Below, one piece after another: positions 50,413 to 62,253 of a stretch of 64,000 nt of DNA; the first letter of the stretch is position 1, and each line of letters begins with the position of its first letter. Made by a program: the position numbers and the translations under genes. The notes beneath the pieces were generated by a model, which worked only from the letters and a program-made list of their open reading frames with translations, did not search any database and was not told where the DNA came from. Origin of the DNA: Epiperipatus broadwayi (Eukaryota; Animalia; Onychophora); assembly GCA_028023455.1 (NCBI GenBank), contig JAQFVV010000005.1, positions 11,594,001 to 11,658,000 of the forward strand. Direction: 5' to 3'.

Positions 50413-53300
50413 TACAATCATGACAAACATATATCATGGCACTATTCCCATGTAGTTGTAAAGTCACCAGGCAAGGCAGCGATTGGTGGCCAAGGGCTAC
50501 CATAAAGAAGATTGCAAGAATTGGAAGGACTGTTTTATTAAATGAGACATTGTGAAGTTAGAAGGTGAAGAGACAATTGATTTAGAAAATGGACATGGAC
50601 TCTACTATAAAGGCACAAATATTGGAAGTACAAGTGGAGTTAATGGCCATGTACTCTACTATAAAGGCACAAATATTGGAAGTACAAGTGGAGTAGGATT
50701 TATTATAAATAAAAAGTGGAAGAAAAACATTGTGAAGATTGATGGTGTATTGGACAGAGTGGAAAGATTAGTTATTCATCTTAATAGCAGATACCAAATG
50801 CAGATAATTCAGGTTTATGCCCCAACAAGTTCTCATAGAGATGAAGTAGTAGAAGATTTTTATATTGATGTACAAAAGGTTTTTGATCAGACTAAACAAC
50901 ATTTTAAAATTGTTATGGTAGACGTTAATGCTAGAATTGGTAAACAAATGAAAGATGGATATGCTGTAGGTAAATTTGGTTATGGTAATAGAAATGAGAG
51001 AGGACATAGACTTGTGAAGTTTGCAGAAAAAGAAAAAAACTATATTATGAATTCTTTTTTGAGAAAATTGTTAATAGGGGAAATGGACATGGAAGCATCC
51101 AAATGAAGGTACAACAGAATTTTATATTTTGATTAACAGAAAATACATATTTCAAGATTGTAATCTCCTTAATAAATTTAACACAGGAAGTGATTATGTG
51201 TTAATGCAAAACTAGAGACAAAAATTATTAAGAAAAACAATATTTATAGTTGATGCAACTAATTTTCAGAAATATTCTAATGAATTCAAAACAGGAAGTG
51301 ATCATTGATTAGTAACATGTAAGATATGTGTTAATGCAAAACTAGAGAGACAAAAATTATTAAGAAAAACAATATACAACTAATTTTCAGAAACATTCTA
51401 ATAAATTTAAATTAGAACTTGCAAATCATTTTCAAGTATTAGTAGATTTTGAACATGATTCAGATATGAATGAAATTAATAGGAAAATAAATAATACAAT
51501 TTTTTAAAAACTGCAACAAAGATAACTGGTAGAAAAAAGCAATTAATCAATAAAAAACAGACTAGAGAATTTATGAAGAAAAAAAATATATAAAAATGAT
51601 GCATTAAAAAGAATTGAATATCTTGAATTTTGTAAAGTTGTACAAAAAAGAGTTGATAATGATATAAAAATTATAATTGCTGAATGAACAAAGAAATGTG
51701 TTGTGAAGAGCATAAAAATATCAAAGGTGTAAAACAACATTTTGGTATTGATAAGAAAATTGGATCTCCAATAAGAAAAAAAGATGGAACCATTACTAAA
51801 AAGGAAATGGGTAGAAGAGTTCTATCAAGAATTATATAGTAATAAAGAACAAGTACCTCCTACATCTATTATATCTTCTGAATTGCCCAGGATTTCAAAT
51901 GAAGTGAGACATGAAATTAAATTTATGAAGAAAGGGAAAGCTTCAGGTAAAGGTGGAATTATAATTGATATACTAAAAGAAGCAAGTAAGGAAATAGAAT
52001 TTTTTTTGGCAAAGTTATATACTAAATGTCTTAATAATAAAGATGTACCAGACTACTAGAAGAATGCAATATTAATATTTAAAAAAGAGTGATAAATAAG
52101 ATATTAGAAATTACAAACCTATCAGTTTTATACAAAATTTTTACCAAGATAATTACAACTCATCACAGAGAAAATTGGATTTCAACCAACCAAAAGAAAC
52201 AGGCTGGATTTAAAAATGGTTTTATACCATAGATCATATCCTAGTATTTAGAAAGGACCAATAAATATGAGTTGCCATTATGCTTTGGACTTGTAGATTA
52301 TGATAAGGCATTTGAGTCTATAAGAATTTCTTCAATGATTAAAGCATTGGATCATCAGGTACAGATAGACACAGGATATTGTAATATTCTGAAGAATATT
52401 TATAAAAATGCAATAGCAACAATTGGATTACATAATGATACCAAGAAGGTTAATATTGAGAAAGTTATAAGACAGTGTGACTCCTATCTCCAAAACTTTT
52501 TAAAGCAGTGCTGCAAGAATTATTTTGTGGATTAAAATGGGAAGCTAAAGGAGTAAAAGTAAATGGAGATTATTTAAGTCATTTAAATTTTACAAATGAT
52601 GTAGTTGTTGTTGCAAATAATGCTTCAGAGTTTCAAAAAACAAGAGTTATCAGATGAAATTAGGATGAAAGGTAAATGTTAAAAAGCTAAAGTAATGTTC
52701 AATGGATTTTCTCTAAAGATGAAAATAAAGATTGATTATTGTGAGTTAGAAGAAGTTAACAACTACAAATGCCTTGATCAGATTATTACTATAGGTGGAA
52801 ATGTAATTGGATGAAATTAATCATAGAATTAAACATGGTTTGGTAGAACTTAAGAGTAAAAGGAAATATGTCTTTGTGTTTGAAAAGGCAGGTTTTTAAT
52901 AAATGTGTTTTACTAGATCTTACTCATGGATATGAGACTTAGACAATTAATAGAGAGTAATGCAGAGACCTCAGACCACTCAAAGAAGTATGGGAGAGAT
53001 GCATGTTATGAATAACAAGAAGAAATCTATGGGTAAAAGAACAAACTAATGGTTACTGACATCATCAAAAGAAAAGACAAGTGGGGTTGGTCTGGACATG
53101 TTCCTAGAAGAGATGATCATAGATGGACAATTGCAATATTAAACTGTATTCCAAGAGATTATAAAAGACCCAGAAAGAGATCACATGAGTCAAATAGATA
53201 AAATAAAGTGTGCAGGGATGATGTGGAGAAGAGAGGCTAGAGATCAAAGAAAATGGATTGAACTTGACTTTCATCCTGCAGTGGACTGATAATGGTTGAC
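50413..53300 (+). mobile_element. Near full-length decayed RTE-clade LINE (APE endonuclease plus RT)
   Basis: GVGFIINK, IIQVYAPTS and MVDVNARIG (APE); LVDYDKAFESI and HLNFTNDVV (RT motifs, degenerate YADD). Many stops and frameshifts. Confidence 0.85.
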
Positions 53301-53322
53301 AATGATTATAATAGTATGTACA

Positions 53323-54830
53323 CTTAAGATAGATGTAATTAGAGGGGATTTGAACCCAGACATTCAAGCTCTCTTCAATTATCTATTCTATCTTATACAA
53401 TCGATGCACATGGCCACATTTATTTGAAAAAGTTAAATGACATCCAGTATAAATATTTTGTGCTGAACCAGAACTCATCAGTTAGTCCAGATCATCTCCC
53501 ACACATATGTATAATCAGTGCTCAGTTCATATTAAGATAGGAAATCTTCAAACTTTAATGAACAGGCTTCAATCCTCTCCATTTTTCAGCCATCCATATC
53601 ATTGAAAACCTGATGATGGCATGTTCAAATCCCTTGTTTTTCCAGCTTTGATGTCATATATGTCGATCAGAAGTCAATATGACCCCTCCCATGTAGGACC
53701 TTAAGACCATTTTAAATACACAAGAGATGGGCAGCATATAGGCTGCATTTATAATATTTAAATCCAAGTCTAGGATATATTCTTAAGATAGATGTAATTT
53801 GAATCCAGACTTTCAAGCTTCCTTCTGCTGTCCATTCTATCTTATACAACCAATACACATACCTTATACAATATATGTTTTTCATGCTGAATTAGCATTC
53901 ATCCATTGGTCAGGATCATCATCATCCACATATATGTAACCATATTTAGATAGGTAAATCTCAAACTTTAATTGACAGGCTTCTATCTTTTCCACTCTCA
54001 AACTCTTCAGCCATCCATATCATTGAAAATCTGATGCTGCATGTGAAGGGTCAAATTGACTTACTGTGAACATGGGTATAAAGTTGGTAAAACAAGGGAT
54101 TTGAACATGCTGTCAGCAGATTTTCAATGACATGGATGGCTGAAAAGTGTAGAAGATTGAAACTTGTCCATTTGAAGATTTGCTGACTTAATATAAACTG
54201 AGCACTGATTATATATATATATGGGAGATGATCTCAATACCAACTGATGAGTGCAGGTTCAGCATGAAAAATATATATAGGTCATTTATCTTTTACAAAT
54301 GTATGTAGTCATGTATATTGGTTTTATAAGATAGAGTGGATGACAGAAGGGAGCTTGAAAGTCTATGTTCAAATCCCCTCTATTAACATCTATCTTAAGA
54401 ATATATACTAGTATTTAAATATTTACAAATTCAGCCTATATGTTGCCCATCCTTTTTCGGTGGGTTTAAAATGGTCTTAAGGCCCTGCATGTGAGTGATC
54501 AGATTGACCTACAGTCATCATGGGTATGACAACAAAGTTGGCAAAACAAGGGATTTGAACATCAGATTTTCAATGATATGGATGGTTGAAGAGTTATAGA
54601 GTGGAGAAGATTGAAGTTGTCCATTAAAGTTTGAATTTTTATCTTAATGTAAACCAAGCATTGATTATATATGTGTATGGGAGATGAAGATCTGGACCAA
54701 CTGATGAGCACTGGTTGAGCATGAAATTTCATATAATGGAGATCATCTTTTTCAAATGTATGTGTATCAGTTAAAAGATGAAATAGATGACTGAAGGGGC
54801 TTAAAAGCCTGGGTTCAAATTTTGTCTAAG
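53323..54830. mobile_element. Retrozyme-like family 2: ~1.6 minus-sense monomers head-to-head with ~1.7 plus-sense monomers (monomer ~425-460 nt)
   Basis: CTTAAGATAGATGTAATT at 53323 and 53782. Inverted units start at 54039 and 54487. One hammerhead core per monomer at 53475-81 (-), 53899-905 (-), 54244-50 (+) and 54701-07 (+). Confidence 0.75.
54222..54290 (+). ncRNA. Type I hammerhead motif, family 2 (best-preserved copy)
   Basis: ACCAA-CUGAUGA-GUGC-AGGUUCA-GCAU-GAAA-AAUAUA-UA-UAGGU. Core complete; stem I has one mismatch. Confidence 0.65.
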
Positions 54831-55243
54831 ATCAATAATAATTCATAAAGAATTTTCAGTATAATGAAGATAAATATGTAATGTTAGTAATTGAATAATA
54901 TTTTTTAAAGTCCATACCCATTCCCTTTCATCACTAAGAGTTCAAGCTCGGATGTCAGGTATTGGTATACTTTGATTAGACTTTGTCCAACAATATCTAT
55001 AGTGGTAGTAGGCTTTAATCAGAATGGTCTGAACTCAACTGGCAGAACTGGACAGTAGTTTATTAAATAGGAGCTGATTTCTCCCAATGACAGTAAACAC
55101 TTGAAGTTTAGATATATAATGGACAAATGCTGTTTCTACATTTGCTGACAGTTCCTGCCAACTGGCAAGATTAAAGTAGATTATGGCTTTTTTATTCTTC
55201 CATTGTAATTTTCAATACCAAACATAATAAGTACATTGAAGGC

Positions 55244-55343
55244 GTCAAGCGCTGGTGGCCGAGTGATCAACACAGCTGTCTTACAGGCAGCTGTCCTGGG
55301 TTTTCAGGTTTGCTTCACTGCCGATGCTTTGACATATGAAAAA
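55244..55343 (+). mobile_element. 100-bp tRNA-derived mini-SINE or retroposed tRNA-like sequence with A-tail and 15-bp TSD
   Basis: A-box-like TGGCCGAGTGA, anticodon-arm-like GCTG...CAGC, degenerate B-box GGGTT, A5 tail. AAGTACATTGAAGGC at 55229-55243 and 55344-55358. Confidence 0.7.
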
Positions 55344-58300
55344 AAGTACATTGAAGGCACAATCTAGAACTAAAAAACAGCAGTAATGATTCAGCAATAT
55401 CTTTTAGCAATAAGCAATAAAAGTAAATTGAGCACAATGATTTATAATCCCCATTTATAGTTCCTGGAGATAAGTTAGCTTTTCAGAAAAAGTGTTCATC
55501 AGCTGTCACTTCAATTCTTTGTTCTATTGGTAGTAGATAATTCTTCAACTTTGTTTAGTCCATGGCTTATTTATCCAATCAAGATACAAAATTTTATCAT
55601 TGAAACATCAAATATTTATCTCATTTAATCGATCTGTTTATGAGAATTTTAATTACATTTGGTAAGATAATGCCATTTCCACTTTATAATTATAAATCTG
55701 TGTATATAAATTGTATATATAATTTTTATTTATTAAAATTGTTGAAAATATTTACTTTTAAAATCAACTTCTAATTTTTAAATTATAGACATGAAGCACT
55801 TCAATATTTATATGCACACATCTAAAATAAAAATGTGTAAAAATGCATTTTACAGTGTAATCAGTTGTCCATTTATAATCTATACTGCAATTTGAAAACA
55901 AATGTCTTGATAAACTATTGCATTCCTATTATTAGATGTTGTTAAGTAGACAAACTGTAATAAAGATATAAATAGAATTTTGCATTAATCATAAAATTTT
56001 AAACATATAAGAATAATTTTTCTTATTCAGTTGGAAATAATGGCACTGTGTTAATCTATTATTGACAACATTCTATGTCAACATTGATCAATATTCATAT
56101 TAATAATAGGGCAATTAATAGAATAGACAAAACATATAGAATAAATCGAGGTGAAATAAAAAGCAACAAATGTAAAAACAGATGCAAACCTTTCTTGAGA
56201 TTTTTTTAAGATGAAAATATGAGATTCTATGTATTTCAATGTAAAACTGAAGTTGTTTTCAATATGTAAGAAAGAATACACATCCTTATGGCATTTCACT
56301 TTCCCAAATTGTTACTTTTGAATTAATATCTCACAAAATATTCTGTATGTATTATATAATGAAATAATACATTATTTTTTAATTTATTCCATTGTAATTA
56401 TTTCATTTTGTGTCGGACTTATTTCTGAAAATTATTTTTCAATATGTTACTGCTTTTCATCCTCAACTACTATTTAAAATGTGGAACATGAGACTTCTAA
56501 TTTTCAATGAAGTAGGTAATTTTATTATTATGTCCAAACACATTGTTTCTATAAAAGGCATATTTTCAAGATGGCTAAGCAGTTTATTTAATTAAACAAA
56601 GAAAAAAAAATTATAATTCTGACAGTAATTTAATATGAAGTTGTTTCCAGAAAAATATAGAATAAAATAAAAATGTGTTACCAACTTTGTATTAACATCA
56701 ACCCTCAGTAGCTCAAAAATATACATATAATAAACTTAGGTGAACTAGAGCTGCATGAATAATCTTTAATGAAGCAGTATATTACTAGTATCATGACTTT
56801 TTCTAGTTCTTCATCTCTCTTGATTTTTTTTTCTTCTTTTAAAATGTTACTTTTTTAATTTCTTACTCTCTGGAGTATTAAATTGATATCAAATTAATGT
56901 ATATCAATTTTATGAATTGCCATATTATTTAATTCTCTGCTTTTTAAAAATAATTTGATCATTAAGTACTGTCTTGTTTTCTAATGATAGTTTAATTAAT
57001 ATGATTTTTTTCTAATGTAACTAATAATAATATTTAGTTTATAGCAATCTTCTCCACTACTGCAAAAGATTAGAAATTCCTTTTTTCATTCATTTAAACA
57101 AATTATTTACATTATTGTGATCTTCTAAATCTTCTACTCTTCATTATTTCTTTTGCCTAGCTTTTTAGATGCTTGTTATCTTCTAGTCTGTTTCTGTCTC
57201 CTCTTTTTCAATTTTTATTAATTCTTTTTTTTTTGGGGGGGGGGATATCTCTTGCCTAGTGGACTCTATAAGCTGAATTTTTGTTTTGATTTTTTTCTCT
57301 TTTGCCTTCTACATAAACTTGTCCAATTTCATCTAGTGCATCATTTTCTATTTGTGAGTTTAATGTTATTTCATTGATTTCATTTATGATTTCTATGCTT
57401 TCAGTATCTACAATTATCTTCTGTCTATATGGCAAACAGTTGTCTGTTACAGATTACCACTAATCAGTCTTTTACATGTTTTCTTGTATATCACCACTAA
57501 GTGCAATAATTTTTTTAAACATCACTTTGATTTAAACTATGTTGTGTTAGTATTGTTATATAAAGTTTCATGTATTACATACAGTTTCATTGGCATCTAC
57601 CGCACTAGATTTTTTTAAATATTTTATTTAAAGCATTTGATTTCCCTTTCTTCTAGTTCAATCGATTCTGTATAGTATGATGGATACTTTGAAACAATTT
57701 TTAATCAATCATTTTTGAAATACTGTAATAAATAAAAATTTCTCTGTTTTAAGACTTTTAATGTGACCTGGCAGGTCTTATTATTTTGTATTCTATAAAA
57801 TATGAATACAAATCATCATCTAAATGTTATTCTTTGCTATGATTTTGATCTTTTAACTATAAACTACTATTTTAGATACATTATTGTTACTTTGACTATT
57901 CTCATATTTTTTATTATATCTTTGGTTAACACCTATTTTACCACATAAAAGCACTATCCAAAATAAGTATATGTCAATTCTAAAATCCTATTTAATTTTA
58001 TTGTTTCAATGACTCTATCATTTATTATTATATATCCTTTAGCATAAATTTTCTTTCCATTGCTTAAAAAAAATGCAATTTTTTTTAGATATTTAGAAAA
58101 CCAAAACACTTCAGATCCATTCTATAATTGTCGATAGTCTTACTTTTTTTTTATTTATATAACCAATATAATTTCTCTTCAGGGCACAGCTCTAAACTGA
58201 AAGCATTTGCCAAAAAGATATTGCATGTAATATTTTACTTCTGTTTTCATACTTGAATTCCATAAATATATTCTGATAAAATACTGTGCTAAGTAGTTTA

Positions 58301-61136
58301 TGATTAATGTGTTCTAGAATCGACTTGGATGATTCCAGTTATGACTAATAAAGGTGTATGATCTATAATAGTGTATAGATGAAATATATTCTGAATATTA
58401 TAGTCACAGTTTCATTTCCAATTGGCTAGTTTTGTTTGAACTATGGTAACGACTTTGAAGCATAGACTTATTTTTTGTACTCAGATGGAAATTGTCTCAG
58501 AACTACTCCTAATCTGTATCGCAAAGCCTCTCTTTTGCTATATAGTTAATACAATTTTTTATGGCAGATCTGTTATTTACATTATTGTACATATTTCTAA
58601 AAATATCCGCTAAAGTAATATTTTTACACTAGAGGTCGCGTTATATTTTGATTCTATGGAATGGAAAAAAAAGCTTCGCTTAATTAATTAAACAGCTCTC
58701 AAATTGCTCAAAATAAATCAAAAGTACTATATAGAGTAAATATCTTTTAGAATTTAGGTAAGATTCTACTTCCTATCTTTTTTATACTGGTATGTACATA
58801 TCTTTACTTCTTGCACAAATAATGTGATATATTTGCTGGTAATATAGTACGTTGATATTGTATAATTTTAAATGTATTATTAATTGGAGGACATTGCTTT
58901 ATTTAATACATATAATACTAAACTAAGTTAACGTTTGTGATTTATATTGCATGAAAAACTGATGTTGTCGATAAAAATTCTCAGCCTACATAAATAAAAA
59001 ATACTGTGTTAGTTTTTAAATCAGCTTGGTTTATCAATGTATCAGTAAACTTTTCAAAATGATTTTAGTCTAAGCCTATTGATGTGTGATAAATATACAG
59101 TAAATACTTTATAAGTAAATAAAACATTTAATGTGATAAGTATAATAAGTAAAGTTTTTTTTTTTCTTAAAAAAAAAAAAGCTTATCTGTGACACACGAA
59201 AAAATAAAACTTACAATGTGTTTAAAAAATAAATAAAATTTAGTTTTTTAAAAAGTCTATTTTATTGCATAAAATAAAAGAATATTGATATTTAAATGAA
59301 AAAAGAAAATCAATTGGCTTCAAAGTAATTAACTATTTCTGTATTTTGATTAAATTGTGGCTGTTGTTATGTGATTTGATTATTTTATAGCTATTCAAAT
59401 AAAACATTAACTATAATGGGACTATTGATAGAAATATTATACTGCCATGGAAAGAAAAATGAAGGAAACTATTAAAGTCTTGTCAAAGATAGTGTTAAAT
59501 GATTAATATAATTTTTTTGGTAGATCGGATTGGCTTTATTATGATTTTGCAGACTTTTGAGGAAATTTCTAAAATAATTATAATAACATTAATAGAAAAT
59601 TAAAAGTATATGTTAATTATTTATGTTTGTAATATTTATATTATAATTTTTTTAAAAAACAATAAATATAGTCAAGCTCATGTATACCTTCCTTATTTAT
59701 TTCTAGAAAAAAATATAATGAATAGTAAATATAGAACAATAATACTATGCAGTTATATAGCAGGAAATAAAACTCATGCAGTTGAGAAAATCAGAATAAT
59801 AATTCTAATATTGAGACATTACATAATAGGCGTCACTCAATCTAGAGAAACGAAACTTAAGCAAGAAAACATTAAGTCAAACAAATACTTCAGAATTTAA
59901 TAATATGAATAAGGTCAGAGAATTTCTGATTTATAGATGACATGTAAAGAAGAAAAAAAGGACAAGTAAAGGGTAGTGGCATATCTTTGTTTAGCTAGAA
60001 TTTTAAAGGTTATAAATAATATTTTCATCACATCTCTATGCAACCATAGAGATATGAAGAAAAAAAATGTTACTGAATTAGCAATGAGTAAGCCAGAGTC
60101 ATATGATACAAATAAAATGTATGGTCCACATAGTCCCCAGGAGTGTTCATATGAGGAAATAATATAAATCAAACAATTATTTTAGTTATTTACTATAATA
60201 TATAATACACTGAATTTGAGATACAGGTGGCAAAACAAAAAAATAATTGGATTGAAACCATGTACTCTGTGGTTTATCTAAGTAATGCTTTACCAAAATT
60301 TTCTAGAAAATGTATATATAAATCAGATATTAGTAGAAATAATAGAGTGAACTCTGACAGCAGTTCTTAGTTAAATATAATGTGATGCATAAAAAATATA
60401 ATATAATGTATAAAGGGATCAGCTTACATGTTAGTGGTGGACCGCACCAAGAAGTTTCAAGCAAATTTTTCAGAAAATTCATGACAGTCAAAGAAATGTG
60501 GAAAATTAGAATATATATGTATATAAAGTTATTTTGTTGTGAAAAATTAAGAGCATGTTGCTTATAAATGTAAATAGATGAACTTTATCTGTTACAGTTA
60601 TAATTATAAGAACATTAAGAGAAAGCCTATAAAGAGATGAGATCTATATAATTTAGAAATATCAAAAATGATAGATAAAAATATCAAATTATTAGATACA
60701 GAATGATTTGAAGTTAAGTGAGCATTTTCTAGTTTTTTTATATACACAGTATATGGGAAATTAAAACTAGGCATGAACTAATTAACAGTTCTAGTATCAA
60801 GAAAAAGTAGAGATGGACTACATATAAAGAATATAAAATTATTAGCTAAAGGTGGAAACCGAACAAACTACACATATCAAAGATTGTTAGGATATAGCCA
60901 AGCTAAACAATAAAAATAGATATGTTTAATAAACACTCATTTCATTTCAATATTAGAAAGATAATGGTTTACAAATGTAAGCCTCAAATTCAGGAATAAC
61001 TAAAAATTGGTAAAGAATGAAATACTAGAGAAATTTGTCAATTTATTCAAAGGATTTAGGAGTGATAAATATAAAAACCAAGATAAAGGTGGCAAAATTG
61101 ATCATTTGTAAGCTCTCCATTTACATACAATAAAAG

Positions 61137-61542
61137 GTACAGAGGCAAAACTCTCCATACAGCAGCTTCACTCAATGCAATCCAGAGTAATTCATGGATG
61201 CAGGAAGGTTTTGCATAAAATCCCTATCTAGGGCCTACTCATCCAATATACTCAGACTAGTTTCTAGCTTATGGATTTCATCATTGAAGAGCTTTGGATC
61301 TGACAGAATTGTATCTAAATCTTAGGCTTTAATGCAACCCTCCACTGATGAAAGCCATAATCTATAAACTAGTCTGGGGATTTTGGATGAGTAGGCACTA
61401 GATAGGAAATTATGCGCAAACTTTTCCTGCATCCATTGATTACTCTGGCTTGCACTGACTGGTGTTGCTGTATGGAGAGTTTTGCCCCTGTGTTAACAAT
61501 TTGTGTAGACATAAAGAATGATGATCATATGATGTTTAATGG
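61137..61542. mobile_element. Retrozyme-like family 1 insertion (head-to-head) with two degenerate hammerheads at 61241-61299 (-) and 61342-61388 (+), 11-bp TSD
   Basis: TACAATAAAAG at 61126-61136 and 61543-61553. Removing the insert restores Gypsy ...HTIKDVVKQ. Confidence 0.8.
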
Positions 61543-61934
61543 TACAATAAAAGATGTGGTGAAACAGACTGTATGAATAATGGTAAAAGATAAAATATTC
61601 TCTCTGACAGAAAATATCAGGTTATATTGGTGATTCCTAAATCAGATAGTGAGATGTGTTTATGTGATGACTATAAATTAGTAAATTGAAATATTAAGAA
61701 CTATTTTAATTTTGTTGCAAACATAAAAGTAGTTTTGACTTTGTTAGAAAATTATTCCTTTTTTTTTTATTAAAGTAGATGTAAAAATTGCTTTTCTTCA
61801 AATTTCAGTGAATGAGAAAATGACAACTTAGGCAAGAGACTTTAGAAAGTCCCTAATCTTTTTCAGAGCAAGATGGACACACTATTGAGAGAAATGTCAG
61901 CATAAGTTTTTTATTACAACACCATATTAATTAC

Positions 61935-62253
61935 AGCTATTTAGAAAATGGTATAAATCAAAAAATAATCTAAAAACATTAATATACAAATTAAAAAGCA
62001 TGTGAAGCGCTTGAACGAGAAGCTATAAAGATTCAACAAATTATTATACGTTAAGCGCTTTCGAGGCCATTTGCCTCATATTCATAGTGGTAATGCGAGG
62101 TGCAGAACAGGGTAATAAGGCAAGGAAATAAAAGAGTTATGCAAAACATATGCAAATGAATTAGATAGTCCAACGTTTTGAAATGTCAGAACAGGTGTCT
62201 CGTCTAGATAAATTGAATGGGATTAAGATGTATATCCAAAACTCAGGAAATAC
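61935..62253 (-). mobile_element. Short 3' fragment of a third Penelope-like family inserted in the Gypsy RT
   Basis: Minus-strand NLSRRDTCSDISKRWTI* matches the INRRETCFALSKQWIN and MNRKDACYKISKKWII* ends of the other two families. AATTAC at 61929-34 and 62254-59. Confidence 0.75.
62050..62088 (-). ncRNA. Variant hammerhead (A3-U8 core), stem I degraded
   Basis: ACU-AUGAAUAU-GAGGC-AAAUG-GCCUC-GAAA-GCGC-UU-AAC. Confidence 0.65.

Noticed and set aside
56800-57455. Minus-strand E/K/N-rich coding-like stretch (QKIIVDTESIEIINEINE...)
   Set aside because: No start codon, several stops, no recognisable family. May be a decayed exon but cannot be supported.
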